Virus record (IMG/VR): IMGVR_UViG_3300035670_000078
Location: 1 to 64,000 of that record
DNA length: 64,000 nt
Reading direction: 5' to 3' (one strand)
Source: a virus
Of this stretch, positions 47,093 to 57,538 are shown piece by piece. The position numbers and the translations under genes were made by a program. How positions within the stretch are numbered: the stretch's first letter is position 1; each line of letters opens with the position of its first letter. The notes beneath the pieces were generated by a model that saw nothing but the letters and a program-made list of their open reading frames with translations, was not told the origin of the DNA and ran no database searches.

Positions 47093-50089
47093 ATGCGCAC
47101 GGTCAACCTCTACCCGAACCACGTAGACACAGCGCCCATTCTTCAGGATGGCGCTTGGCCTCTCAACGAGCCTAAGAAATCAATCTTCAAGGTCACCGCC
47201 AAGGGGGGTGAGAAGCTGGTAGGGTTGATCGGCGACGGTTGCACCATGTGCAGCCGCTCGAAGAAGCGCATGGAAGACACGATCCAGAAGCCGCGCCTGC
47301 TCCGGGGTAAGAAGCCGGAGCAGGGCCGCGTTCTGTGTGTCTTCAGCTACCTGACCTACGGCGCATCGGTCGACAGCATGGTCAACCTCATCAGGAGCCA
47401 AGGCTTCGAGGGTGACCTGCTGCTCGACCTCTGCATCCGTTGCGGGCCGGGTAACGTCACAGACAGTCAGATAAATCAGTGCGGAAACTACTTGAGGATG
47501 TCCTACAAGCAGTTCAAGCCTGACAGGATTCTTTGCTTCGGAACGACCGCCGCCAAGACCGTCCTCGGTATGGCGGTGCCGTCGTGGACGAACCGTTGGT
47601 GCTGGACGACCATCCCCGCTGAGGCGGTCACGGACGACGATGGCGTCGTCTCCGATAAGCGCGTGCCGGTCGTGTCCTTGATGGACCCCGCCAACTTCAA
47701 TAAATCAAAGGTGCACCGGGAAATCATAAGCGCCGAGGTCGATTGGGCGCTCACCTCCAATTTCCCGGACCACCGCCCTGTAGGAATCGCCTACATCCTC
47801 GAGACCGAGGATGACCTGCCTCTTCTCGAGCAGTGGGTCGAGCGTGTCAGGCAGACCACAGGATGGATTGCCTACGACGTCGAGACGAACGGGGTCATGC
47901 ACAACCCCGACTTTTCCATCATCATGTGCTCGGTCGCGGCCACCTCTATCCCGCACGTCATTCTGTGGGACCAAGAGTCTCTCAAGAACAAGGCGCTGCT
48001 CGACCGGCTCACCGAACTCCTGACCGACGGAACGATCAGGAAGCGTGGGGCGAACGAGAAGTACGACGCCCTCTCGTGGCTCATCTGGAAAGGTATAGAG
48101 GTAACGCCCGTCGATGGTGACTGCCGCCTTGAGATGAAGCTCGCCAACGCCGATTCAAAGGCCGACCTCGAATCCATGGGCTTCTACGTGGGCGTAAATG
48201 CGCACAAGTCGGAAGCGAAAGAGTGGATGGAGATGGCCGTGGTGAAGGCCAAGGAGGACCTCGATCCTGACCTTGAGGGCGTCAACGCCAAGGCCTACGC
48301 CTACAAGTACCTGCCTTCCGAGGTTCTCGCCCGATATAACGGGCTGGACACGAAGGTCACCGCCGCTGTGTGCCAGCACGCACGGTCATCCCTCGGGCCG
48401 CTGGAAAATACGCTCCACCGCCTCGTCCTTCCCGCCTCTGAGCTATTTAAGCGGATCGAGTACAAGGGGATGATGGTCGACACCAAGGGCATCGAGGCGG
48501 CCCGCCTTTTCCTCGAGACCGAGATCGCCAACCTCGCCCCGAGGTTCGCACGGGAAAACCTCGACCCCGACAAGCCCGAAACGATTCGAGCGTGGCTTGA
48601 GCACATGGGGATCGCGTCGCCCATCAAGACCGACACCGGGCTCGCCAGCACGAACGCCAAAGCCCTCAAGCTCATCGAGGGCAAGAACGAGCTGATCGCG
48701 TCGATCCTGCATCACCGCAAGCTCGCTAAGCTGCTGTCGAGCTACGCCGATACCCTGCCCGGATATATTCGGGCCGACGGTCGGGTGCACCCGAGCTTCC
48801 TTCTGGATGGCGCCCGGTCGGGCCGATTGAGTTGCATCGCAGGCGACTGTGAGATGCTTACAGAGCACGGCTGGATTCGCATGGCTGTGCTCAAAGAGCT
48901 TCTCGCCTGGAAGAAAGTACATACCGTCACACACCAGAATAAGTGGCAGCAAGTTGTTGATTGTTGGTCTAACGGTGTCCGGCCTACGGTGGTTGTCAAA
49001 ACGTCAGGCGGAAAAGAGATCCGCGTTACGCCTGACCACAAGCTCTACACATACGGCTCCGGTGCAGGGTCGTGGGTAGAAGCTAAGGACGCCAAGGGTA
49101 AGCTGGTTCTGGTCAACAACATGGTAAACAAGTCGGCGGCCAGGGTTCCGGCCTACGACAAAGTTGTCGATATAGTTGATGCGGGAGAGTGCGAAGTTTT
49201 CGACTTCACTGTCGAGAACGATCATTCGGCGTGCATCGAGGGCCTCTTCGCCCACAACTGCACGTCGCCCGCCCTGCAGACAATACCTTCACGCGGAGAC
49301 ATGGCTAAGCTGATCAAGAACTGCTTCGTGGCCTCTTCCGGCTACAAGCTGGTCGCGCTCGACTTCTCCATCCTCGAGATCCGTATCGCAGCGGTCCTGT
49401 CAGAGGACCCTGACATGGCCCTCGCCGCGCAGACCGACTTCCACACGGAGACAGCCAAGTCGCTCGCCCACCTCGCTTGGAACATGACTGCGGAAGCTGT
49501 CGAAGCGGAGATCAAGGGCGGCAACAAGAGCAAGCGTGACGTGTCCAAGACCCTCGGCTTCGCGATCCTTTACGGCGCCGGTGCTCAGAGCATCGCCGAG
49601 CGGGTCGGCTGCTCTGAGGCTGCAGCCGACAAGCTCATCAACGGCTTCCTCACGAAGTACAAGCGGCTGAAGGCGTGGATGCGCGAGCAGGTGGACTTCG
49701 CCCGCAAGCACGCTGCGGTGGATATCCCGTGGCTCGATGGTTCCATCGGGCGCCGCCGCCCTCTGCTTAACATTCACTCAGCTGACAAGGGTGAGCGGGG
49801 TAATGCTGAGCGCGCTGCAGTAAATAGCCCTATTCAAAGCCTTGCTAGCGACATCTGTCTTAGCTCCGCTGTTAAGATTGATGCTTGGTATAGGGCTAAT
49901 TCTATCCCTGCAAACATAGTTTGCTTGGTTCACGACTCAATTATTTCTGAGGTGCGCGAAGATTTTGTTGACGAGGTCACCAAAACTAAGGCACACATGA
50001 TGACGTCCTGGCCGACAGGACTTGTCCCGCTCAAGGTTGAAGCTGAAATAGGCTATGCCTGGGGCTCAATGAAGAAGGTGGATGTGTGA
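47093..50089 (+). CDS. polA: family A DNA polymerase with N-terminal UDG-like domain, 3'-5' exonuclease and intein
   Basis: YDVET, KYD, YN..D exo motifs; SGRLS; DFSILE; K..F...YG; VHDS. Confidence 0.93.
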   Translation: MRTVNLYPNHVDTAPILQDGAWPLNEPKKSIFKVTAKGGEKLVGLIGDGCTMCSRSKKRMEDTIQKPRLLRGKKPEQGRVLCVFSYLTYGASVDSMVNLIRSQGFEGDLLLDLCIRCGPGNVTDSQINQCGNYLRMSYKQFKPDRILCFGTTAAKTVLGMAVPSWTNRWCWTTIPAEAVTDDDGVVSDKRVPVVSLMDPANFNKSKVHREIISAEVDWALTSNFPDHRPVGIAYILETEDDLPLLEQWVERVRQTTGWIAYDVETNGVMHNPDFSIIMCSVAATSIPHVILWDQESLKNKALLDRLTELLTDGTIRKRGANEKYDALSWLIWKGIEVTPVDGDCRLEMKLANADSKADLESMGFYVGVNAHKSEAKEWMEMAVVKAKEDLDPDLEGVNAKAYAYKYLPSEVLARYNGLDTKVTAAVCQHARSSLGPLENTLHRLVLPASELFKRIEYKGMMVDTKGIEAARLFLETEIANLAPRFARENLDPDKPETIRAWLEHMGIASPIKTDTGLASTNAKALKLIEGKNELIASILHHRKLAKLLSSYADTLPGYIRADGRVHPSFLLDGARSGRLSCIAGDCEMLTEHGWIRMAVLKELLAWKKVHTVTHQNKWQQVVDCWSNGVRPTVVVKTSGGKEIRVTPDHKLYTYGSGAGSWVEAKDAKGKLVLVNNMVNKSAARVPAYDKVVDIVDAGECEVFDFTVENDHSACIEGLFAHNCTSPALQTIPSRGDMAKLIKNCFVASSGYKLVALDFSILEIRIAAVLSEDPDMALAAQTDFHTETAKSLAHLAWNMTAEAVEAEIKGGNKSKRDVSKTLGFAILYGAGAQSIAERVGCSEAAADKLINGFLTKYKRLKAWMREQVDFARKHAAVDIPWLDGSIGRRRPLLNIHSADKGERGNAERAAVNSPIQSLASDICLSSAVKIDAWYRANSIPANIVCLVHDSIISEVREDFVDEVTKTKAHMMTSWPTGLVPLKVEAEIGYAWGSMKKVDV
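48833..49258 (+). mobile_element. mini-intein (142 aa) in PolA
   Basis: S/CIAGD..VTPDHK..VFDFTV..FAHN/C. Confidence 0.92.
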
Positions 50090-50496
50090 GCAACCAATTT
50101 GTGGCAGTCATCGACAGCGAAAAGATCAAGCAAGAGATGGCTACTCTTCCAGGCGACTACGCCTCGGTTGTAGAGGAGCTTGCCAAAGCGCGTGTTTCCC
50201 GTGCGCGTGCAGAGCAGGAGCTTAAGATGCTCCGCTTTGTTGTTGAAAAGCACGAGCGCGACCTGTACAAGAACGGCATCGTCGACAAGAAACCGACGGA
50301 AGATGCTATCAAGATGGAAGTTGCCTTGCACCCGAAGGTCAAGGTAGCTCAGGAAGTGCTTCTCGAAGCAGAGGAGAAGTGCTACCTGCTGGAGGCTAAG
50401 AAAGAAGCCTTCAACTGCAAGCGCGATATGTTGGTGTCCCTCTCGGCCCTTCAGCGCGCTGAACTCGATACTCTGCGTTTCTCTGGCGCCCGCTAA
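50086..50496 (+). CDS. helical protein, UvsY-like candidate
   Basis: size, position and KPTEDAIK..AF..KRDML..L....RAE pattern. Confidence 0.5.
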   Translation: MSNQFVAVIDSEKIKQEMATLPGDYASVVEELAKARVSRARAEQELKMLRFVVEKHERDLYKNGIVDKKPTEDAIKMEVALHPKVKVAQEVLLEAEEKCYLLEAKKEAFNCKRDMLVSLSALQRAELDTLRFSGAR

Positions 50497-50526
50497 CCAA
50501 CACTGTCTCAACGAAAGGTGTGAACT

Positions 50527-51402
50527 ATGTCCTACGATTACTTTGGTGAACTCGACGCTGCGACCCTCAAGAGCCAGGAGAAGGCCGACCGCTCCGCTTT
50601 CGGCAACTCCAAGTACCTGTCGTGGAAGGAAGGCCCTGCCTCCCGCCACCTGCGCTTCTACGCGCGCCGTGGTGAGGTTCCGTTCCTCCCGTCCAAGACC
50701 CACTGGTTCGATGACATGGGCGACGGCAAGGGCGGCTCGATGGTCTGCCGCACCCTCATTGGCGAGCACTGCCCGGTCTGCGACTTTGCGGCGAAGCTCT
50801 CGATGACTGGCAAGGCTGAGGACCAGAAGCTCGCTGACCGTATCAAGGCGGGCAGCGAATATCTGGCCAACGTCGAGGATGTCACCTGCGACCCCGGCTC
50901 GGTGAAGATCATGCGGGTCAAGCTGACCCTCTACAAGCTCCTCATCGGCACCGACGAGAAGAGCCGCCTCACCAGCCTGCATCACCGCCTCGGTGACTTC
51001 ACGCACCCGCAGAACGGCTACCTCATCGAGGTGTCCAAGTACGAGACCTCGCCGTGGTACACCGCTCAGGCCGCTATCAGCCGCGAGACCGGCGGCATTG
51101 TCCGCGCTCCCGCCAAGATTGAACTCGGTCCTAAGCTCCACGAGCTGAAGAACGAGGTCGTTGTGGGTGACGTCGATCTGGCTCTCGGCATGGTAGATTA
51201 CCTCGAGGGCAAAGGCCCCGGTATCCGCACTAAGGACGGTGGCAACAGCAACCGTTCCGCCCCGCGCCTGGCTGGGAACCGTCCGAACCTCGGCGGTTCT
51301 CAGCTGGGGCTGGGCAATCAGCAGGCGCCTGCTTCTCGCGGACCCCGCGCGCAGGATACCGTCAACGCCAAGATTGACGACTCATTCTTCTCTGAGGACT
51401 GA
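50527..51402 (+). CDS. gp32-like phage SSB
   Basis: HW..C....CPVC; acidic aromatic tail DDSFFSED; replication context. Confidence 0.7.
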   Translation: MSYDYFGELDAATLKSQEKADRSAFGNSKYLSWKEGPASRHLRFYARRGEVPFLPSKTHWFDDMGDGKGGSMVCRTLIGEHCPVCDFAAKLSMTGKAEDQKLADRIKAGSEYLANVEDVTCDPGSVKIMRVKLTLYKLLIGTDEKSRLTSLHHRLGDFTHPQNGYLIEVSKYETSPWYTAQAAISRETGGIVRAPAKIELGPKLHELKNEVVVGDVDLALGMVDYLEGKGPGIRTKDGGNSNRSAPRLAGNRPNLGGSQLGLGNQQAPASRGPRAQDTVNAKIDDSFFSED

Positions 51403-51483
51403 GTCGTTTTCGGCTCCGACTGCTAACCGGCTTGCGAGATTGCTGAAGCGTGTGACTGGGAGGCGGTAGCAGTCGGAAGTCTT

Positions 51484-51525
51484 AGCCCGCAGCTTGGAAG
51501 CTCTGTCCAAGCTGCCGGCTTTTTT
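51484..51525 (+). terminator. intrinsic terminator
   Basis: GCAGCTTGGA/TCCAAGCTGC stem + T tract. Confidence 0.75.
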
Positions 51526-51536
51526 ATGGGGGACGC

Positions 51537-52589
51537 ATGATTATCGCAGTCGTAGCTGACGTTCACGTCGGCAACCACACAGCATTTTCAGGCGAGACTG
51601 TGGGGCGGATGAACGAGCGGTGCCGCTCGATTATCAAGACGCTCGACCTCGCTTTCGAGGCGGCTCACGAAGCGTTTGCCAGCGATTTTGTCATCGCAGG
51701 CGACCTGTTCGACACGGACCATCCCTACCCGGACATGATCGGTGCCGTCCTCGAGGTTTTCCTGAAGTGGAAGGCCAAGGGCATGAACATCCATCTGCTG
51801 GTCGGCAACCATGACCAGCACAGCTCCGCGCCGGGGGATAATGCGCTCACACCGTTCAAGTCGATTGCGGCTGTGTACGAAGAGCCGTTCGTTCTCGAGC
51901 GCGAACCGTGCATCCTGTTCCTTCCCTACGGTCACAAGCTACCGGACCGGGTCGAGGGCGTTGACTACGTGATCGCCCACCACGGCATCGCCGACGACGC
52001 CACGCACCCGATTAAGGCGAGCGCGCCGTTTGTCAGGAAGGCCAAGGACCTTCAAGCTTGGATGGATACCAACGAGGTGTCCGGCTACCTGTCGGGCGAC
52101 TGGCACGAGCATCAGCGCTGGGGGAATATCATCCAGATAGGCGCCCTCGCTCCTGTGAACTGGACCAACCGAGCCTACGTCCCGAAGAAATACGATCCCT
52201 ACGGGTCGGTCATCTTCGCCGATTTCGGTTCGCTCAAGCGGCAGGTCATCCACGGGCCGCGATTCATGCGCGCTGACACTAGCGCGGAAGCTCTGTTGCT
52301 TTACAATAAGGCTACGGCGGAAGGAATGTGGCCGTACATCGACCTTATTGCTGAGGCTGTTGACCTGCCAAAGCACGTGATGCAGCAGGTGCGGGTCAGC
52401 CCTTCCGCTGTGCAAAAGGAAGCTCAGGTCGCAAAGGTGGCTGAAGCCCTGCGGACCGGCGCCTCCCTAGAGGATGAAATCAGAGAGTACGTGGACAACG
52501 ACCCAGACACGCCCGCTGAACTGAAGGCGCAGGTTGTCGAGGCCACGATTAAATCTATCAGAAGGGCTAAAGCCCAGGATACGGGGTGA
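51537..52589 (+). CDS. sbcD: SbcD/Mre11-like metallophosphoesterase nuclease
   Basis: DVH, GDLFD, GNHD, AHH, GDWH. Confidence 0.88.
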   Translation: MIIAVVADVHVGNHTAFSGETVGRMNERCRSIIKTLDLAFEAAHEAFASDFVIAGDLFDTDHPYPDMIGAVLEVFLKWKAKGMNIHLLVGNHDQHSSAPGDNALTPFKSIAAVYEEPFVLEREPCILFLPYGHKLPDRVEGVDYVIAHHGIADDATHPIKASAPFVRKAKDLQAWMDTNEVSGYLSGDWHEHQRWGNIIQIGALAPVNWTNRAYVPKKYDPYGSVIFADFGSLKRQVIHGPRFMRADTSAEALLLYNKATAEGMWPYIDLIAEAVDLPKHVMQQVRVSPSAVQKEAQVAKVAEALRTGASLEDEIREYVDNDPDTPAELKAQVVEATIKSIRRAKAQDTG

Positions 52590-53170
52590 ACATGTCTGAC
52601 TTGTGGATCAGTGTTGACGCGGCGGCGAATACCGGTGTGTGCGTGTGGGACGGAAAGGAGCCTCTCTGTCTTTATGACGTGTGGGTGACCAAGGCCGGTA
52701 GGCCGATGTGCACCGCGCTCCCCATTCCCGGCAAAGAGAAGCACAAGTACAACAAGAGCGTCTCCGTTGACGCCTCTGCCTACCACAAGGTGGCCGGCGC
52801 CTCCCTTCGTGGGGTGTGGGAGCTAATCAGCTGCGACGGCGACATCAAGCATCTGGTCATGGAGCGCTCGAGCTTCAAGAGCCAGAAGTCGACGATGCTC
52901 ATGGGCGAGATGCGCGGCAAGATCATCGCCTTTCTTGGAGCCGAGGAGCCCGGAGGACCGGAGCTTCACTTCGTAGATCCTAACACTTGGCATGACGCCT
53001 CGAAGCAGATCTACGAGGTCGTCTGGCCTAAGGGCGACAATGGCAAGCTCGGTAAGGAGGTCAGCGTGAAGCTCGCCGAGCGCGCCCTCAAGGTGCGCCC
53101 CACTTCCGACGATCAGGCCGATGCCTATCACGTCGGTCGATGGTTCCTTGAGTGCGGGGGTCTTCTGTGA
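52586..53170 (+). CDS. RuvC-like Holliday junction resolvase
   Basis: SVD...TG.., VME, DDQADA. Confidence 0.65.
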   Translation: MNMSDLWISVDAAANTGVCVWDGKEPLCLYDVWVTKAGRPMCTALPIPGKEKHKYNKSVSVDASAYHKVAGASLRGVWELISCDGDIKHLVMERSSFKSQKSTMLMGEMRGKIIAFLGAEEPGGPELHFVDPNTWHDASKQIYEVVWPKGDNGKLGKEVSVKLAERALKVRPTSDDQADAYHVGRWFLECGGLL

Positions 53171-54558
53171 GGTTGGTACTTCACAACACCTACGCCGAGG
53201 TCGAGGGGTTTGATGACGATGAGGAGCCGACGCTGCTCCGCTCGATCCTCACCTTCGAGACGAAACAGTGGGTGCCGAGGATGCGACAGTTCGTCCCAGC
53301 CCGGCTGCCCATGCTCGATGAGCGCCGCATGACTTTCCCCATCGGCCACACGCCGACCGTGCGGATGCTTTTCTCGCAGGAAGGCAAAACCGTGACGGTC
53401 ACGAGTGCACGCACTCGTCCGGGCGGTGAGCTGAACCTCAAGGTGCTCGACGACCTCGGTAAGGTCCCCCGGCCTTTTCAGCGCGCCGCCATCGAAAAGG
53501 TGATGGCCAGATCCTATGGGATCGTGAAGGCGCCGCTCGGCTCGGGAAAAACGCTGTGCGCTGTCGGCTGCATGGCGGTCGCTGGTGATATCAACTGGGT
53601 CGTCTTCTGCCCGAAGGACACCCTCGTCGATCAGATGGCGGCTGAGTACGAAGCTGCGCTGGCCGAAAAGCCGGGGATGATCAAGCAGGGCTGCTTCAAG
53701 CCGAAGCGCGTCACGATCATCACCTTCAGCCAAGCCCGCTCGAAATGGGAGCAGGTGAAGCCGATCCTCGAGAAGGCGCAGGGAATTATCGTCGACGAGG
53801 TCCACACGGCCAGCGCGGCGAGCCATCTGCAGGCAATCAAAGCCTGCACCAACGCCTACTACCGGGTCGGCTTCTCAGCCACCCCGCTCGACCGCTCTGA
53901 CGAAAAGAGCATCCTCGCCATCGGTGAGTTCGGTCCCATCGCTTACGAGATCAGCACGACCGAGCTGATGGACCTCGGCTATGTCGCCAAGCCGAAGATC
54001 AAGTTCGTGAGCTTCTTCCACGCAGAGGACGGGAAAGCCGCGAGATATTCCGAGCCCGCTGCCCTTTACCGGCACTGCATCGTCAAGAACGACAAGCGGA
54101 ACGAGCTGCTGGCGCGCATCGCTGTCAAGGCGCAGAAGCCCAGCATCCTTTTCGTTCTTCGCAACGAGCACGTCAGCATGGTGCACGAGAAGATCAGCGC
54201 CGCAGGAATATCCGCAGCGTCGGTCGACCAACGCACCCACCCGGAAAGGCGTCAGGAGATAATCGCCAAGACCCGCAAGGGTGAGTTCGACGTGATCGTG
54301 GCGTCGGCTGTGTTTAATGACGGCGTCAACATCCCTGAATTGGCGTCTGTCATCGTCGCCACCGGATATAAGTCCACCATCGCCACCCTTCAGCGTCTAG
54401 GGCGCGGGGCGCGCATCGCAGAGGGAAAGACCGAGTTCGAGGTGTGGGATATTGGTGACACGGGCGCCTTCGGAAGCCTTCACACTCAAGCCCGTGATAA
54501 GGCTTACAAGCGTGAGGGTTACGAGACGCAATTCATCCAAGCCGGAGACCTGAAATGA
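53167..54558 (+). CDS. SF2 DExH helicase (UvsW-like)
   Basis: GSGKT, DEVH, SATP, DGVNIP, QRLGRGAR. Confidence 0.92.
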   Translation: MRLVLHNTYAEVEGFDDDEEPTLLRSILTFETKQWVPRMRQFVPARLPMLDERRMTFPIGHTPTVRMLFSQEGKTVTVTSARTRPGGELNLKVLDDLGKVPRPFQRAAIEKVMARSYGIVKAPLGSGKTLCAVGCMAVAGDINWVVFCPKDTLVDQMAAEYEAALAEKPGMIKQGCFKPKRVTIITFSQARSKWEQVKPILEKAQGIIVDEVHTASAASHLQAIKACTNAYYRVGFSATPLDRSDEKSILAIGEFGPIAYEISTTELMDLGYVAKPKIKFVSFFHAEDGKAARYSEPAALYRHCIVKNDKRNELLARIAVKAQKPSILFVLRNEHVSMVHEKISAAGISAASVDQRTHPERRQEIIAKTRKGEFDVIVASAVFNDGVNIPELASVIVATGYKSTIATLQRLGRGARIAEGKTEFEVWDIGDTGAFGSLHTQARDKAYKREGYETQFIQAGDLK

Positions 54559-54860
54559 TCGGACCTGAAGACGATGACGATATCGATCTCCCTGAGGACC
54601 TCGACGACATTGACGACGAGGACCTCCTCAAGTTCGAGTTCACCGAAGAGGAGTTCGACGACGAGTCAGTCTTCCAAGATGATGACGACTACTCGCCGCC
54701 AGACGAAGAGGACGACCTAGATTCCTTCTTCGAGGATGATGACGAGCCCGAAGAGGAAGCAGAGGACGAAGACGAGAATGAGCCCGACCTCGATGAAGAC
54801 TCAGACCTCGAGGATGAAGAAGAGGACGAGGATGATGACGACGATGAAGACTACAACTGA
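54555..54860 (+). CDS. extremely acidic protein
   Basis: ~64/101 residues D/E; ATGA coupling. Confidence 0.7.
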   Translation: MIGPEDDDDIDLPEDLDDIDDEDLLKFEFTEEEFDDESVFQDDDDYSPPDEEDDLDSFFEDDDEPEEEAEDEDENEPDLDEDSDLEDEEEDEDDDDDEDYN

Positions 54861-54875
54861 TTGAGCATCCATGGC

Positions 54876-55268
54876 TCAATCAAGCCCGACGCCGCCCACG
54901 ACCAGTAGTTTCCCTGGCGTTGTGGCGGCGTACCAGTCTCCGCTGACGTCAATCCAGATGTCGTAGAAGTAAGTACCTACCGAAAGAGGGGCACCTGAGC
55001 CCCTCGTGTCGTTTGGGCTCATGATAAAACGAACCGTGCCCTCTGTGGCATCGACAAAGGTCGCCTCTGTCGGAACAGAAGTGTCCTTCGACAGGCGAAC
55101 GTCATCAACACCGCTGGCCGGGTTGTAAACGTAGCCGATGTTCATGATGACACGCGACCCGCTGATGTCGTTTCCGCCCGCGTGGCTGATCTTAAACACC
55201 CAGTCCATGCGGGTTGACCCAGCCACGATCGAAAGGTCTGGTCCTGGTGATGGTGCCTTGGCCGACAT
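54876..55268 (-). CDS. BppU-like baseplate/tail adaptor domain protein
   Basis: DATEGTVRF...DT..GTYFYDIWI..T..G.L.V pattern. Confidence 0.6.
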   Translation of the reverse strand: MSAKAPSPGPDLSIVAGSTRMDWVFKISHAGGNDISGSRVIMNIGYVYNPASGVDDVRLSKDTSVPTEATFVDATEGTVRFIMSPNDTRGSGAPLSVGTYFYDIWIDVSGDWYAATTPGKLLVVGGVGLD

Positions 55269-55271
55269 ACC

Positions 55272-56639
55272 TTACCCCTTGCACTTGATCAGCGTTGCGT
55301 AAGTCCCCGGCTCGTTAACGAGCGTGGCCTGGTAGCCGGGTTCGTTAACGAGCCTGGTGTTGATGCACCTCAACACGTAAGAGCCGCCCCACGATGCGAC
55401 GCATTCGAGGACCACGTTCCAGTCGACGGGCACAGGTCCGATGCCGAGCCCTTCCCATAGCACCGTGGCCGCATCGCTCGTGCTCATCGCCGAGCCAGCC
55501 GTTGCGCCAGAGACGGCGTCGCAGGTCAGGGCGAGGCTAGTCGCCATATCCGATGCGGCAAAGGTCAGCGAGCGGAAGGTCGGCGTCAGCGTCTGCGACG
55601 ACGAGAGCGCCGAGCCCTTCGTCGCACCGCTGACGAACTGGTGATAGATGTCGACGATGGTGTCGACGCGGACCGTGCACCCTGTGCCCGTCGAGCCTGT
55701 CAGGCGCGTCGTCGGATAGGTCACGCCGGCAGTGTACCCAGTGCCGGCTTGGTAAATCTGCACGAAGTTGACGGATGTTCCGAATATGCCTTTGACTTGC
55801 ACCTGGCCATCGTTATTTCCGCCGTCAATTCGCAAAATCTGGTCGAACGAATAACCGGTCCCAGACGCCACGCGAGACACCGTGCGCATCGGGCCGGTAG
55901 GGTCATCGATGCTTACAGACCACATCGAGTCCACGACCGTCGAAAAGACCGAGTCCCAGCTCGTCGAGAGCGCGAGCGTGGTCGACATGTCCGCGCTCGA
56001 TATCAGCTGTGCGATAACATCCCAGCTCGACGACAGAGTGAGTGCAGTGGACGCCTCCGATTCGACAACCGTGACTTCCTGCCCTTCAAAAGAAACGGAC
56101 AAGGTCAGGGAGGCCGAGGCGTCTGCGCTAACCATCTGACGAGAGATGACGTCAAACAGCGGGGTGAGCGTCGCCGACGTAGCGAAATCAGACTGGGCGA
56201 TGGCCTGAGCGAGGAAGTCAGGCGTCGCGGTCAGCGCAGTTGTGGCTACGGATTGAGCCACTGCGGACGAATCGAACAGCGGCGACAGGGAGAGCGTCGT
56301 AGCACTGCTGGACTGAGCAAGCGCGGAACTGTCGAACTGTGCGGACGCCGCGAGGGTTGTAGACGACGGGGACGACGCTATGGCTGACGAGTCGAAGCTC
56401 GAAGAGAGTGCCGCACCTGCGGAGAGGTCGGACTCGACGACGGTCACCGTCTGCGAGTCGAAGCTGGGCGAGAGCGCCAGCGTGACCGTCGCATCGGCTG
56501 CGACCACCGTAACCGTCTCGCCGACGAAGGCCGAGGTCGCCGTGAGCGTCGTCGCAAACTCGGTGTCGGTCGTCGCCGCGCCACCGGCTGCAATGAGCGT
56601 AGCCAGGGGTCTAGTTGCTAATGGGTACGCGCCGAGCAT
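55272..56639 (-). CDS. Ser/Thr/Ala-rich repetitive tail protein
   Basis: ~19-aa repeats (T.LxLxPxFDS); tail context. Confidence 0.65.
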   Translation of the reverse strand: MLGAYPLATRPLATLIAAGGAATTDTEFATTLTATSAFVGETVTVVAADATVTLALSPSFDSQTVTVVESDLSAGAALSSSFDSSAIASSPSSTTLAASAQFDSSALAQSSSATTLSLSPLFDSSAVAQSVATTALTATPDFLAQAIAQSDFATSATLTPLFDVISRQMVSADASASLTLSVSFEGQEVTVVESEASTALTLSSSWDVIAQLISSADMSTTLALSTSWDSVFSTVVDSMWSVSIDDPTGPMRTVSRVASGTGYSFDQILRIDGGNNDGQVQVKGIFGTSVNFVQIYQAGTGYTAGVTYPTTRLTGSTGTGCTVRVDTIVDIYHQFVSGATKGSALSSSQTLTPTFRSLTFAASDMATSLALTCDAVSGATAGSAMSTSDAATVLWEGLGIGPVPVDWNVVLECVASWGGSYVLRCINTRLVNEPGYQATLVNEPGTYATLIKCKG

Positions 56640-56647
56640 GTGTCACC

Positions 56648-57535
56648 TCACCAGCACTGAATGATTACTACGCCAGGACCGCCGTCGCCACCTCTGCCGC
56701 TGCTATTAGCGGCGACGAGGCTTCCACCCCCACCGCCACCGCCGGCCCCCCACGCACTGCCCGCACCACCACCTATTCCATTGACCCCTGTAACAGCGCT
56801 CGCACCACCACCACAACCACCATATATCTTTAGAGGAAATATCGTGGCCCAGCTAAACCCATTATTTAATGGACGAGCACCTGAGCTTATTACAAACGGA
56901 GTACCTGCCAGGCCCGAAATGGAACCACCCGAACTACCCGCGCCTCCGGCGCCGGAGGCGCCGCCGTATATCTGAGACGATGTGCTTTGAGTAATACCGT
57001 TACCGCTAGCCGAGTTGGTAGGTGCGGTGGCCCCTGCGTTACCAGCGATTGATAAGAACGAACCTAGGAGGGCGAACGGTCGCGCGCTGGCGATGGTACC
57101 GCCAGCTCCACCAGCGGTGTAGGCGCCACCGCTACCCGCATTAGCTTCAAGGTATAGATATTGAGCTGTGGTAGACGGCGCCATCGAGACGACGGTGGCG
57201 GTCGGCGCGTAGGTCACATTTCCAGCGTTACCAGTAGTATTACTAACAGGCGCCCCACCACTACCGCCAGGAGACACTTGGATATACAGAGAATCTGGCA
57301 GCATAAAGATTGGGATGGTGAGACGCGACACTGCGCCAGACCCCCCTCCGCCACCACCGCCAAAGTTTGCTCCAGTAGCACCAGAGGCGCCGCCTCCACC
57401 TGGCCCGATGGCGTAAATCGACACCATGACAAATCCGCGCGGCTTATTCCATATCTGCCATGAATCGGTTGATGTGCCTTGCGGCAGGAAGACCGACAGA
57501 CCTGGAATCTCTGGAACGTGCGATAGGTCAATCAT
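56648..57535 (-). CDS. glycine-rich fibre-like protein (paralog 3)
   Basis: MIDLSH..WNKPRG..GGGG..IIQCW. Confidence 0.8.
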   Translation of the reverse strand: MIDLSHVPEIPGLSVFLPQGTSTDSWQIWNKPRGFVMVSIYAIGPGGGGASGATGANFGGGGGGGSGAVSRLTIPIFMLPDSLYIQVSPGGSGGAPVSNTTGNAGNVTYAPTATVVSMAPSTTAQYLYLEANAGSGGAYTAGGAGGTIASARPFALLGSFLSIAGNAGATAPTNSASGNGITQSTSSQIYGGASGAGGAGSSGGSISGLAGTPFVISSGARPLNNGFSWATIFPLKIYGGCGGGASAVTGVNGIGGGAGSAWGAGGGGGGGSLVAANSSGRGGDGGPGVVIIQCW

Positions 57536-57538
57536 GGG

